Shown: in pieces, positions 52,628 through 62,959 of the stretch
Layout of the letters: each line of letters opens with the position of its first letter
Position numbering within the stretch: the first letter of the stretch is position 1
Virus record (IMG/VR): IMGVR_UViG_3300044716_000068
Length of the DNA stretch: 64,000 nt
Source: a virus
Direction: 5' to 3' (one strand)
Made by a program: the position numbers and the translations under genes
Notes under the pieces: generated by a model
What the model was told of the DNA's origin: nothing
The model's input: only the letters and a program-made list of their open reading frames with translations
Databases searched by the model: none

Positions 52628-54181
52628 TTAGAATTGTGGTATTTCCTCAATCAAGACTGTACGAGACAAATCTTCAATGAACACATCACAACGATCTTTC
52701 ATCCATAATTCATAACCAGGGAATTTGTTCGCAGAACTCATACCTTGAGACTTAGCAAAGCCTAAGTGGTGACGAGTACCATCGATATAACCCCAAGTCA
52801 TAGAAGGAGCACCCTTCATACGTACTTCACGAATGTTGTTGATCATTGAGCCATCGCTCATAGGAGATACATCAAACACCATGAATACAGGTGTGCTTTT
52901 CTTGTTCTGTCCAAATTCTAGGTTTGTTTGAGGAAGGTCTAATTCTTTTAAGTGAATTAGTTCAACACGACCTGTTTCACGTGTAACCATTGCATCGAAT
53001 GCAAAGTTGTAAGTGATGTGTTGACCTTCTCCTTGTAAATAACGATTACCAGAATCAGCCATGAAAGTAAGACCAGAATTTAAAGCATCTGTTTTTAAAG
53101 CTTGTTGGAATACGTCAAAGCCAGCTTCATTAGTGTACATTTTAACACGTCTGTCTTTAACATCCACACGTCTGTAGAATAAGTCACCAAATACAGCACG
53201 AATCAAGTTAGCTGTAAACTCACCACGATTGTATTGTACTAAGTTACCATTGTTACGCATTCTGTGATATACACCAGCAGAAGTACGCTTTAATTCTTGC
53301 TTAGAACCATTAGTCTTCACAGTTCCAGGACGAGCCCAGATCATACGCTTAACTTTTAATTCTAACATAGACTTACGCATCCAGAACTCAATAAATGGTT
53401 CCCATTTAACATCATTACGAGTTAAAGGTAATTGGTTACGTCTTTGAGGAGCATACACTAAGATATCTAATGCGTTACCTTTGCTATCTCTCATCATTTT
53501 GTCATCAGCCCACTCAGTGATTTTGTGCTCATAACCATATGCAGAACCCAAAGATTCAAACATTGTGATTTGCTCACCTAAACGAGGAAGACCTAATAAG
53601 TCTTGATCAAATTCACCAATAGCAGCATCAACTAATTCTAATTCAATACCAACTTGTAAGAAGGTAGAGCTTACGAAATCTACAGTTGGGTTGTCACTTA
53701 CTAATGTGAAACTGTACAAGAAACCTACGTTCCAAGGAACTGGATCTTTTACTACGTAAAAACGTGGACCATATTGACGAGTACCTACAGAGATGATTGC
53801 GTTCTTAGAGAACTCATTAGTGTCAATCACTAATTGAAATTCTTGACCATCAATACCAGGCTTGTTTAATTCCTGTGTTGAAGTTGGGACGTCAATGATT
53901 TTTGGAAACTTGTAAGGTACTTGTACTTGCCACTTCCAAGCATCACTATTATTGTCAATGTAGTAAGGAGTAGACTTGTTAATCATGTCTAAGAAATCAT
54001 TACTGTACAAAGAACTCTGAGTATACAAACTGATGATCTTTTTATCATAATCAGCAGGCTCAGTTGAGTGAAAGCTTTCCAAGTGGTTTGCATCAGTCAA
54101 TTTACCTACTGCACGCTTGTCCATAGAAGCGACTCTAGCATAGGTAAAACCAGTTAAACCTGGGATTGTTTGAATTGCCAT
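52628..54181 (-). CDS. putative major capsid protein (517 aa)
   Basis: It is called on size and on its position after the scaffold-like gene and before a strong stem-loop. No sequence motif was verified. Confidence 0.45.
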   Translation of the reverse strand: MAIQTIPGLTGFTYARVASMDKRAVGKLTDANHLESFHSTEPADYDKKIISLYTQSSLYSNDFLDMINKSTPYYIDNNSDAWKWQVQVPYKFPKIIDVPTSTQELNKPGIDGQEFQLVIDTNEFSKNAIISVGTRQYGPRFYVVKDPVPWNVGFLYSFTLVSDNPTVDFVSSTFLQVGIELELVDAAIGEFDQDLLGLPRLGEQITMFESLGSAYGYEHKITEWADDKMMRDSKGNALDILVYAPQRRNQLPLTRNDVKWEPFIEFWMRKSMLELKVKRMIWARPGTVKTNGSKQELKRTSAGVYHRMRNNGNLVQYNRGEFTANLIRAVFGDLFYRRVDVKDRRVKMYTNEAGFDVFQQALKTDALNSGLTFMADSGNRYLQGEGQHITYNFAFDAMVTRETGRVELIHLKELDLPQTNLEFGQNKKSTPVFMVFDVSPMSDGSMINNIREVRMKGAPSMTWGYIDGTRHHLGFAKSQGMSSANKFPGYELWMKDRCDVFIEDLSRTVLIEEIPQF

Positions 54182-54217
54182 TTGTTATTCTTTTTTAATT
54201 TTTGTTATATAAAATTG

Positions 54218-55489
54218 TTATTGAAACCAAGAATTGGGTTTAGTTGATGGTTTGGATTTCACTGAACTCTTCTGGGCTTGTCTGGCAACCTCACCAAATA
54301 ATTCATTTGACTTTTTGGTAATACCTGTCTTTTGAATAGTAGATAATGTAGGATCTTTCTCCATTATCTTCATGATTAACGCAAGCTTTACTTTTGTTGC
54401 ATGATTCTCAGGACGTTTCAGCTCCAGAATAGTCTTATCAAAGTCTGTGAGAGTCTCACCTGAATTTGTTTTGTACTTGTCTGTTACTAGGAAATCTTGT
54501 AGTTCACCAGCCAGTTTAGGATTAATTGGTATGCCATCAAACTCTTTAGCTTTGATCTTCTCCTGTAAAACATTGTTTACATTTTGATAATACTGCTGTT
54601 TGATAGCCTGTTGCTGTTGTAATTGAGATTCTTTTTGTTGCTCCATTTGTTGGAGCTTTGCAGATTCTTTCTTTACTAATACTTTGTGGTGCTTGGTAGC
54701 AACGTTCTCAAGGTCACCATAGTTTTTAAGTCTTTCAACTTCTGTATCTACATCTTCTTTTTCAAAACCTTGATCTGTAAGAGCTTGTCTTATAACAGAT
54801 ACTTGGTTACTTTCTTGGCTAAGATCCATATCTGTGAAAGATTGAATCTGATTGTAGGTACCAAAGTAATCTTTAGGATCTACACCTTTTACAAATATGG
54901 CATCAAATGCTTGTTGATAATCATCTCCAAATTGACCAATGAAGTTGTTTACAATTTCAATAGCCCCTTTCTTCTTCTCTGCTTGGAACTTTTCCAAGAA
55001 AGCTTCTGGGGTTTCTATTGCTGCATCTTCTTCTTCATCATCTTCTTTAGAGAAAACACCTAGTTTGAAAAGGTCTTTTGACAAAGCAGTGAATTGGTTT
55101 GCACCATCTTCATCACCTTCTTCATCACTATCTTCTTGATTATCAGTACCTTGTGCAGCAGTTTTTTTAGCTGGTGCTGGTGCTGGTTCATCTTCATCAT
55201 CATCTTCTTCATCGTCTTCTCCATATAAGAAGTCTTGAATTCCTTTAACAGGTTCATCTTTCTTATCTTCTTCTGGAGCAGGCTCTGAAGCAGCTGGTTG
55301 TTTAGAAGTAGTTTTCTTAGTTGGAACAGGAGCAGGATCATTTTTAATATCCTGAATATCATCAGGATTAGATGTTGCACTATCAGGGCTCAATAAGTCA
55401 TTTAATAACTCTTGGTTACCCATACCCATGTCCATAGTATCTTGAATACTAAAGTTACCCATTTGGGGAATATCTAGATTTTCAGCCAT
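54218..55489 (-). CDS. acidic coiled-coil protein, putative scaffolding protein (423 aa)
   Basis: Highly acidic low-complexity (EDDEEDDDEDE), Gln-rich coiled-coil (QQMEQQKESQLQQQQAIKQQYYQN). It lies between the portal and the MCP candidate. Confidence 0.4.
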   Translation of the reverse strand: MAENLDIPQMGNFSIQDTMDMGMGNQELLNDLLSPDSATSNPDDIQDIKNDPAPVPTKKTTSKQPAASEPAPEEDKKDEPVKGIQDFLYGEDDEEDDDEDEPAPAPAKKTAAQGTDNQEDSDEEGDEDGANQFTALSKDLFKLGVFSKEDDEEEDAAIETPEAFLEKFQAEKKKGAIEIVNNFIGQFGDDYQQAFDAIFVKGVDPKDYFGTYNQIQSFTDMDLSQESNQVSVIRQALTDQGFEKEDVDTEVERLKNYGDLENVATKHHKVLVKKESAKLQQMEQQKESQLQQQQAIKQQYYQNVNNVLQEKIKAKEFDGIPINPKLAGELQDFLVTDKYKTNSGETLTDFDKTILELKRPENHATKVKLALIMKIMEKDPTLSTIQKTGITKKSNELFGEVARQAQKSSVKSKPSTKPNSWFQ

Positions 55490-55609
55490 ATGTAGTTGTA
55501 TTTATTTGGTTTTCAAGGTGTAAAAGTATATTAAGTTAATGTAATAGCAAAGAGACAAGGCTCTATATAGGCTATTATTCAGCATAATATAGCATTAATA
55601 TTTTTTACT

Positions 55610-56140
55610 CTAATCTAATTTGTTAGTGAAATTGTCATTTATTAGTCTATAGCTTCTTATTGGGGCAAGATCTGTAAGTGTAACTTGCTGAACCTCAACC
55701 CCCCACTTCTTTGCTTCCACTCTCACTTTCTTAGTAAGAGTGTTATCAAGTTCTGTATCTGTACATTCTTCCAAGGTCATAGACATAATAACGTTTTTGA
55801 TTATGCTTTGAGACATATCTGATAGAGCATCTTGGGCATCATACACTTCAAGAAGGAATGTCTTGACATCTGCTATCTTATATTTAATAAGTCCCTTCAC
55901 CACAATGTTCTGTTTGTCCTTTGTATATAAAGACTGAGCGTCTAGACTTAATGTGGTAACTACCACATGTTGATCTATCACCTCATCAAAGAAGGGAAGT
56001 TTTAAATGTATCCCTGGCTTAAGAACTGAATGAAATCTACCAAACCTAAGCAACACAGCCTCTTCATAATCTCTGATTATAATAAAAGGTATTATCTGGT
56101 ACCACCAGTGTGATAGGATTTCAATCAGTTTATCAAACAT
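55610..56140 (-). CDS. SPFH/band-7 (stomatin-prohibitin-like) domain protein
   Basis: LLRFGRFHSVLKPGIHLKLPFFDEV parallels the [25 protein letters not shown] core. IKNVIMSMTLEE and KWGVEVQQVTLTDLAPI parallel the LRSVIGEMELDEIL and PWGIKVTRVEIKDIDPP segments of HflK/C and stomatin-like proteins. Confidence 0.75.
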   Translation of the reverse strand: MFDKLIEILSHWWYQIIPFIIIRDYEEAVLLRFGRFHSVLKPGIHLKLPFFDEVIDQHVVVTTLSLDAQSLYTKDKQNIVVKGLIKYKIADVKTFLLEVYDAQDALSDMSQSIIKNVIMSMTLEECTDTELDNTLTKKVRVEAKKWGVEVQQVTLTDLAPIRSYRLINDNFTNKLD

Positions 56141-56142
56141 AA

Positions 56143-58725
56143 TTATTTAGTTTTCTTAGCTCTTCCCTTGGCATTTTCCTTAGCAATAGCCAAATCGTTT
56201 GCTTGGTTCTCTCTGCTCACTTTAATCTTCTCTTTTTCTACGTTAAGTTTTTCCATTGCCATTGTATGTTTGTTTTGAATATCAGACAACTTAGTCTGAT
56301 AATCTTTTTGGGCTTTGGTTTGTGCTAGAGCTAACTTGCTGATTTCTAATACATCAGGTGTTCCTGATGCATCAATATCTGATAATGGACCACCTTTAGA
56401 CTCTGCTGCAATAAGAGCAATTTCTTTCTTATTGATTCTATCCATCTCAGCATTGTAGTTTTCATTAGCAATCCTCTCTGCTTGTTGTTGTTGTTGCAAT
56501 TGTAATTGAGCTTGACCAAGTTGTTGTTGTTGCTCAAGTTCTTGTTGCTTCTGTTGTAATTGCTGATTTTGTATTTCTTCTTGTCTTTCTTTAAGCGTCT
56601 TGAATACCTTCTTCATCTGTCTGATTGAGTTGGTACTGTAAAGCTCAATTACATCATGTAAAGATCCACCATTCTGAATAACAGCTTGAGACAATCCTCT
56701 GATTTCATTGAATGCTTCTCTATCTTCAGGTCTGTTAGTTAAGTAAACTTTCAAATCTCTAAATCTAAGGTCTGTACCATTTACAGATACAAATGCAGAC
56801 TCTCCTTCATTAGTAATGTAAGATATAGTTGATTGTGGTTTCTTAGCTTCTACATACAAAGCTGCATCAATGATTGCTTGGTAAAGCTGACCCATAATAT
56901 ATTCATGTGCTACAAACAAAGGTTCTGTCTGAGCATAAGATTGTGTAATAGCTGCGTTAGTACCTGTAGCTGATTCGCTAGCAGTTATAGATCCAAGTCT
57001 TTGTCTTGACATACCTATTAGTTCCCAACATTCATTCTTTATTTGTTGTGCTAGAGTATATCTTGCTTGGATCTCCTGTGTACGTGTAAGGTCAAGGCTA
57101 GTAAATTGGTTAAAGCTAGATGGACTCTTTAAGTTCTCTGGGCTGTCATCAATAAATACCACTCCTCTATTACGAGCTTCCATTTCCCAAATATCAAGAG
57201 CATCTTGGGCATCTCCATCCTTAGGAATAGGAATATGTCTGATAGACATCAATTGCACCTTACCCACTTCCTTCTCAAGAAGCTTATACAATTGGTTCAT
57301 ACAAACGTTGTATATCACCTGGAAAGGTTTCATCATATCTACTAAGCTCTTAGCTTCTGTATTCTTCACCTCAAAGGTTTGACCAATGATAGGACAGTAA
57401 GGTAATAACTTATATGGTTTAATGTGGTAGATGTCTGGACCAATCTTGATACCTTGATACCATTGGTTAATCCAACCCCACTCTAATGATTCTTGTGTAG
57501 GAATAGTTCCAGACTTATAGTTTTCATCAACAAGCATAGATTGCTCATTGCCCATTTCATCTAAGTAGATTAGTTTACCAATCTTTTTCTTGGAGATCCA
57601 ATAAGCTCTAACAACAACATACTTATAACCAAATGAGCTAACGTTTGACGTTAGTCCTAAGAAATCTTTAAGTCCATCATTGTTCTCTTTCATTTCAGAT
57701 TCAATGATCATTCTAGTTTGTAGAACAAGAGGATCATATGTATCATATTGTACAGAGTCTTGACCTGGAATTGCGTTAGGGTTACCTAAGTTTGATTCAC
57801 GTACATTGATCAATCCATAGTCTTGTAATGAACTACGTAAATGATCTATTTCATCTTTAGTTAAGTCAGGAATAGCTTCAATGATTTCTGAAAGTTCCAT
57901 AACCTGTACAATACCAGCAGCATACGCTCCTTGTGCACGACCTGTAGGATCAGAAATCCACTTTCTATCAGGAGTGGTTAAGAACCAAGTGTTTTTGGGA
58001 TTAGCCACTTCTATATTAAAACCAAGCTTTGAATTATCCTCATATATATGGAAGAACTCTCTAGCAGAGATTAATAAGTCTCTGAATGAATCTTCTCCTT
58101 TCTCTTTTATATTAAACTCAACCTTCTGAGATGTAAGAATATGGTTTGCCCACTTCTCTGCTGTAGATGTATAAGAGTCTAATTCATCTTTCACTTCTTC
58201 AAGAGTCATCTGAGTTAGCTCATCATCTTCAATCTCTTGACCTTCAGCCATAGCTTTTTCCTGTATCTTCATCTTAGCTTGACTGATGATGTAGTTATTT
58301 AACATCTCAGTTTTAAACTCTAACTCCTCAGCTTTACTATCATCATCAAATGCTTTGACACGAAATGCATCTGGTCGTTTACTAATCTCTCCTACTAGTT
58401 CATTGATAGGAGTGGTCATTATAGAATAGTGTTTTACATAGGCAGGTAGCTCTAAGTCTGATGTAAGTACATCTGTAAAACTTCTAACTTCTGGTTCTTG
58501 ATAAAAATCCTCTCTTCTTAAAATACCTTTAATAAGATCATAGTTCTTTACAAACGTATCCCTACTCTTAACATATTCAGCATATGCTTTGTTTGCAAAG
58601 TAGTCCATTGTGTTCTTCACCCAACTCTCATCCTGCTTTTCCTTATCAGTTTTGAACTGATCTGGGAATATGTTTAAATAGGCATACCTTATGGTAGCGT
58701 CTTTCGTATATCTTATAATTGCCAT
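56143..58725 (-). CDS. portal protein (860 aa)
   Basis: Immediately downstream of large terminase with a TAATG overlap. Size and the Gln-rich coiled-coil C-terminal tail are typical of crAss-like portals. Confidence 0.65.
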   Translation of the reverse strand: MAIIRYTKDATIRYAYLNIFPDQFKTDKEKQDESWVKNTMDYFANKAYAEYVKSRDTFVKNYDLIKGILRREDFYQEPEVRSFTDVLTSDLELPAYVKHYSIMTTPINELVGEISKRPDAFRVKAFDDDSKAEELEFKTEMLNNYIISQAKMKIQEKAMAEGQEIEDDELTQMTLEEVKDELDSYTSTAEKWANHILTSQKVEFNIKEKGEDSFRDLLISAREFFHIYEDNSKLGFNIEVANPKNTWFLTTPDRKWISDPTGRAQGAYAAGIVQVMELSEIIEAIPDLTKDEIDHLRSSLQDYGLINVRESNLGNPNAIPGQDSVQYDTYDPLVLQTRMIIESEMKENNDGLKDFLGLTSNVSSFGYKYVVVRAYWISKKKIGKLIYLDEMGNEQSMLVDENYKSGTIPTQESLEWGWINQWYQGIKIGPDIYHIKPYKLLPYCPIIGQTFEVKNTEAKSLVDMMKPFQVIYNVCMNQLYKLLEKEVGKVQLMSIRHIPIPKDGDAQDALDIWEMEARNRGVVFIDDSPENLKSPSSFNQFTSLDLTRTQEIQARYTLAQQIKNECWELIGMSRQRLGSITASESATGTNAAITQSYAQTEPLFVAHEYIMGQLYQAIIDAALYVEAKKPQSTISYITNEGESAFVSVNGTDLRFRDLKVYLTNRPEDREAFNEIRGLSQAVIQNGGSLHDVIELYSTNSIRQMKKVFKTLKERQEEIQNQQLQQKQQELEQQQQLGQAQLQLQQQQQAERIANENYNAEMDRINKKEIALIAAESKGGPLSDIDASGTPDVLEISKLALAQTKAQKDYQTKLSDIQNKHTMAMEKLNVEKEKIKVSRENQANDLAIAKENAKGRAKKTK

Positions 58726-60764
58726 TATGAAAACAATTTATTGCGTTTATATTTATTTTTTGATCTTCCAAACATATTTCCTCTAGCCTCAGTGAAAAGT
58801 ATATTATTCTTCCTCTTGTTAAACATAGATGCCACTCTCTCATCTGATGTACCTCCTATCTTACCCATTATTGGGTCCATCTTCAAAGCTTGTGCTATGG
58901 CTAATTCAGCAGCAATGATTCTATCAAAGTTACCTGAATCATTGTATTGAATAATCTCTTCAAGCAATACAGGATCAAATATCTTACTTACACCTAACAC
59001 TTCTCTAATCACTTCACCAGCATCATTCTTCTCTTTGAATATGGCATTCTCCATATACTTCTTTAAGCAAGTGTGAAGGTACTCAATTATCTTATCACTT
59101 GAACGATGTATACCATAGTCTCTTTTTACAGTGGTGTTTGGTACAATCTCCTTCAGCCATTCAGGTTGTTTTTCTAGATAATGAGCATCTCCTTTAGCTT
59201 TCATATATTCAATAAAGGATATATCATCATTCTCACAAAGAGTTCTGGCATTGTAATACTTGATAAGAAGTCTAGCTTGTTCTTCCCAAATTTCTTTCTT
59301 ATCAGGTCTTGCACAATACGAAGCTACGAACATATCCTGATACTTCTCTCCACTAATTTCATGCATCCTCTTATATATGTATACAGATCCTAGTGAACTT
59401 GAATAAGCAGATTTACCTTGTCTGTAGGGATCGACTCCAGCTACGTACAATCCATAAGGAGGATTGTCTATAGGGAATTCATATATTACGACAGGTGCAT
59501 CTTTCTGATCTGAGTTTTTTAGAGGGAAGTTTGTAATAGGGAGCTTGTCTGTAAACTCATGCTTTATAGTTCCCTCATCATTAAACAATATAATAGGAGT
59601 TCCTGTTCTTTCTTGTTGTAACAATTTACTCTTCTGTCTCTTAGCTATCTCAATATCAAAGATGTTTGTATCCTCATTTAAAAAGATGTCATCCACCTCC
59701 ATTGGGTAGTACATCTTCTCTTTTAAATAGGCTATTCTATCTCCAGCTTTCTTAAGTCTGTTTAGATTATCATTGGTTATTTGAAGAGCTTTGTCTTCAT
59801 TACTAACAAGCATCTTCACCTGATATAGGTCTGAACTTAGTGGTTCATTTAAGTATGCTCCTAGTGTAGAATCTTCTTTTGCCTCCATTCTATACTTGGC
59901 TGGGATGAACAAGCCATGAATGCGTTTGTCATCTTTCTCATTATTATATGTAAGGAAATTAAAGTTGTCTACGTCAAACATCAAGGACTTAGCGTCCATG
60001 AATTTCTTCATGTCCCCACCAGTACCAGTGAGAATTGGAGAACATCCCCAGCCAAAGGGTGTAGTGAAACCTGGAATAGCTGCCTGTAAACCTCTAAGGA
60101 AATTTCCTTTACCAATCTCATCTATAATTAATTTACGTGGTTTTGTACCTGCAATTGCCTCTTCATTATTACCTTCATCAAGGTTACGTATTAGAATGGA
60201 AGAGAAAGGGATACGTTCACCAGACTTGGTCTTTATACCTAGAGTCACTTGGTTCTTCCAATTATCCTCAATTCTCTGCCACCTCCAATATTCAGGAATG
60301 AAATTCAATCCTTTATCAATCTTATCAGTAATCAGTTTAATATCTGGGGCATTTAAGCCTGCAATAATATTTTGGCTGTTTTCATCAAAGGTCGCACCCC
60401 ATGCTATATAGGATGCTTCTAAAACAGACTTGGCAAAACGTCTAATACCTAGAATGACTAAGCCTCTTTTATCTTTTTGAGCTCTGTCAATTTCGCTTGT
60501 CACAAGCCATTCATTATCTCTCAATAGGGGATTGGCATATTTCTGTGCAATCCTCCCATAACTATCAATTATATCCACTTCTGTGTGCCAGATGTTTAGG
60601 TGCCAATAAAGAAAGGGGTTAATATAAACCCCACCCATCATTGCACCATTCAAACAAAGGTCTTTATGAAAATCATGAAAAGGTTTACACTCTTCACTAT
60701 TTCTATCAGGTATCCTTTTCTGGTTAATGAACCAATCCTTATAGTCTATAGTTTGTATGTTCAT
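58725..60764 (-). CDS. terL: terminase large subunit
   Basis: Walker-A-like LGIRRFAKS. Walker-B-like KLIIDEIG. Nuclease-domain aspartate motif LYVAGVDPYRQG. 679 aa with ATPase N-half and nuclease C-half. Confidence 0.85.
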   Translation of the reverse strand: MNIQTIDYKDWFINQKRIPDRNSEECKPFHDFHKDLCLNGAMMGGVYINPFLYWHLNIWHTEVDIIDSYGRIAQKYANPLLRDNEWLVTSEIDRAQKDKRGLVILGIRRFAKSVLEASYIAWGATFDENSQNIIAGLNAPDIKLITDKIDKGLNFIPEYWRWQRIEDNWKNQVTLGIKTKSGERIPFSSILIRNLDEGNNEEAIAGTKPRKLIIDEIGKGNFLRGLQAAIPGFTTPFGWGCSPILTGTGGDMKKFMDAKSLMFDVDNFNFLTYNNEKDDKRIHGLFIPAKYRMEAKEDSTLGAYLNEPLSSDLYQVKMLVSNEDKALQITNDNLNRLKKAGDRIAYLKEKMYYPMEVDDIFLNEDTNIFDIEIAKRQKSKLLQQERTGTPIILFNDEGTIKHEFTDKLPITNFPLKNSDQKDAPVVIYEFPIDNPPYGLYVAGVDPYRQGKSAYSSSLGSVYIYKRMHEISGEKYQDMFVASYCARPDKKEIWEEQARLLIKYYNARTLCENDDISFIEYMKAKGDAHYLEKQPEWLKEIVPNTTVKRDYGIHRSSDKIIEYLHTCLKKYMENAIFKEKNDAGEVIREVLGVSKIFDPVLLEEIIQYNDSGNFDRIIAAELAIAQALKMDPIMGKIGGTSDERVASMFNKRKNNILFTEARGNMFGRSKNKYKRNKLFS

Positions 60765-61093
60765 CGTCTATTTTTAAGGAACTCCTCAGCTGATCCAGAT
60801 AACTCACCCTTACCTCTAATCTCCACCTTAGCTTCTTCAGCATTCCTTAATTTGTCTACCACCTCTACTAAGGCTAAGTAGTTCTTCATTGTCTCTTGTA
60901 CAAACTTACCTTGTGCTTCAATAGATGCTATGACCATAGGTAAAAGTCCTCCTTTAGCTGTAGGTTTCCACTCAATCCTATCTTTCAATTCATGTAGTGG
61001 GTTTGCATTTACATAAGCTTTCCATGAAATAAGCTGTGATTCAGCCCATTCAAGCTCTGTATTTATGTATGTAGTTTTTTTAATAGTTGCCAT
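60761..61093 (-). CDS. hypothetical protein (110 aa), possible small terminase subunit by position
   Basis: 4-nt overlap with terL. No motif. Confidence 0.3.
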   Translation of the reverse strand: MATIKKTTYINTELEWAESQLISWKAYVNANPLHELKDRIEWKPTAKGGLLPMVIASIEAQGKFVQETMKNYLALVEVVDKLRNAEEAKVEIRGKGELSGSAEEFLKNRR

Positions 61094-61364
61094 CTTCTTC
61101 CTCTTCTTTTAGAATGTTATCAAGATCCATGCCTTCTTTGATGATCTTTTCTAATTCAGACTCATCTGTATGGGGAACATCCATCTCTATCTCAGACTTA
61201 TATTTGCTTAGGACAAATGCAAGTTCTTTATCTGTTATGCCCCAAATGTCACCATATCCATCAAGAGCTGTAGCTAGATGTCTTCCAATGTTATATGTAG
61301 GAAAGCTCTTATTTAGTTCTTGTAGAATAGTAATGACTTCTATATATGGAGTCTTTTTACTCAT
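61080..61364 (-). CDS. hypothetical protein (94 aa)
   Basis: ORF in a tightly overlapping small-gene series. Confidence 0.3.
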   Translation of the reverse strand: MSKKTPYIEVITILQELNKSFPTYNIGRHLATALDGYGDIWGITDKELAFVLSKYKSEIEMDVPHTDESELEKIIKEGMDLDNILKEEEEDGNY

Positions 61365-61621
61365 ATTAATTGGTTTAAATCCTCGTCAGTTAGTTTTGGG
61401 TGTTTTATCTGTAAGTCTAATGTCTCCTCAAATTTATCAATAGTTTTTGCTCCTTCTTCTGTCATGTAGTCTTTAGTGAAGACAATAGCCATCCTATCAA
61501 ACTCTTCACCAGGTACCCCTGATATATCAATATAATCCACTCCCTGATTATACAGATCAACAAGCGTATCAATCAGCCTGTCTAATGGTATCTTTTGAAT
61601 CCTTATCTCTCTATTTTCCAT
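61361..61621 (-). CDS. hypothetical protein (86 aa)
   Basis: ORF in a tightly overlapping small-gene series. Confidence 0.3.
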   Translation of the reverse strand: MENREIRIQKIPLDRLIDTLVDLYNQGVDYIDISGVPGEEFDRMAIVFTKDYMTEEGAKTIDKFEETLDLQIKHPKLTDEDLNQLI

Positions 61622-61913
61622 AGATTTCTTTTTTGAGTGATTCCTCTTCTTCTCTGGAGCTCATTACAGCTTCCCATTTCTTAAGAGGACATTCACAAGA
61701 TAAACATTTTGTTTTAGCAGCTAGTGTACAACCACAGTCTGTGCAATGAACGTCTGGTCTTACTGTCTTATGTTTTGTAGATATCAAAGCACAGTCTTCA
61801 CATATAGACATTCTCTCATTACTAACATCCTTTATATAGCTTCTTAGTTCTTTGGCTGGAAAAAGGTTATTCTTCCAACCTTCATACATTTGGGAGAAGT
61901 TAATCTTCATCAT
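61611..61913 (-). CDS. Cys-rich zinc-ribbon protein (100 aa)
   Basis: CEDC...HCTDCGC...CLSCEC gives four Cys pairs. Confidence 0.4.
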   Translation of the reverse strand: MMKINFSQMYEGWKNNLFPAKELRSYIKDVSNERMSICEDCALISTKHKTVRPDVHCTDCGCTLAAKTKCLSCECPLKKWEAVMSSREEEESLKKEIYGK

Positions 61914-62256
61914 CTGTAATTTTGGTTTTGAGAAAGTTGATCAATGTCTCTGTTTTATCAAGTGTCACCTTAGCTGCGTGTTTCTTTTGTTCTGTTGCGT
62001 TTGGGTTAGCTAGATGGCTTTCCATCATTTGCTTTTTACCAATTAAGGATATAATCCTTTTCTTGGCCTTTTTATTGTTAAAATAAAACTTCCCAAACCC
62101 AGAAACTTCAATGCTATTGTGGAGGTCCATTGCCTCATTGGCAGATTGGAACTGATGGTTCACAATGGTTTCAATCACTTTCTCAGAGACCATTATCTTC
62201 ACTGCCAGGGTTCTGATAAGGTAGTCTTTAACAGACATACTTATAGGCTTATCCAT
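61900..62256 (-). CDS. HU/IHF-like DNA-binding protein (118 aa)
   Basis: SVKDYLIRTLAVKIMVSEKVIETIVNHQFQSANEAMDLHNSIEVSGFGKFYF parallels the HU N-terminal helices plus the GFGxF arm start. Confidence 0.65.
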   Translation of the reverse strand: MDKPISMSVKDYLIRTLAVKIMVSEKVIETIVNHQFQSANEAMDLHNSIEVSGFGKFYFNNKKAKKRIISLIGKKQMMESHLANPNATEQKKHAAKVTLDKTETLINFLKTKITDDED

Positions 62257-62623
62257 GTAGCAGCGTTATTTGTAATACAATATCCTTGTCAAAGTTTAAC
62301 AATATAACAGGATTCACCTTCACCTTTGTCCCATCCTTTACAAAAACCCCCATCTTCTTTAGCTTGGAGATGATGTTATTAATGGCTGGGGCTGTACTCT
62401 CGTACCTTTCACAAAACTCCTTACGTATGTTAGCATAGCTTATGTTCCCCTTTATAGCTGTAAAAGCTATTAGCTGAACTTCCCTATTCGTAAGCTTCAA
62501 ACTGTTCACAGCTGACAACAGCCTGTAATACTTCTCTGCTAGAGCATAGTTGTCTATGACTGATGTCTTCAGTCGCTGTACAATAGGTTTTGTTGAGTTG
62601 GTTTCCATAATTAGTTGACACAC
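62249..62623 (-). CDS. hypothetical protein (124 aa), possible DNA-binding regulator
   Basis: ORF only. The start may be the internal METNSTK. Confidence 0.35.
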   Translation of the reverse strand: MCQLIMETNSTKPIVQRLKTSVIDNYALAEKYYRLLSAVNSLKLTNREVQLIAFTAIKGNISYANIRKEFCERYESTAPAINNIISKLKKMGVFVKDGTKVKVNPVILLNFDKDIVLQITLLHG

Positions 62624-62688
62624 AAAGGTATGGATATCTTTACGATCTACAAATAACTATTTTAGTTATAAGGAAAGTTAATGCTATA

Positions 62689-62937
62689 TTATGCATCAAA
62701 TCTTCTGAATACAGCTATAAAGCAAAACAAAAGAAGCCCTATCCTAAGCTCCTGTTCCAGACCACCATCTGTAAGGGTGTAGTTTCTATTAGACACTCCT
62801 AGCTCAAAGTTGTTGTAATCCTTAGGTAGGAATTCTATACCTATCTCCCACTCTTCAAAACATACAAACCCATAAGCTACAACAGCTATTATCAAAACTA
62901 GAACAATCAATACAATCCCATAAATTATTACACTCAT
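62689..62937 (-). CDS. small membrane protein (82 aa, two hydrophobic segments)
   Basis: The N-terminal IIYGIVLIVLVLIIAVVAYGFV and C-terminal IGLLLFCFIAVF are predicted TM helices. It is the first gene after the strand-switch region. Confidence 0.3.
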   Translation of the reverse strand: MSVIIYGIVLIVLVLIIAVVAYGFVCFEEWEIGIEFLPKDYNNFELGVSNRNYTLTDGGLEQELRIGLLLFCFIAVFRRFDA

Positions 62938-62959
62938 ATCTAAGCTTGTTTGACGAGGA

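Noticed and set aside
54686-55380. ORFs 54686..55063(+), 54939..55139(+), 55060..55380(-)
   Set aside because: They are out-of-frame readings of the acidic low-complexity scaffold-like gene region.
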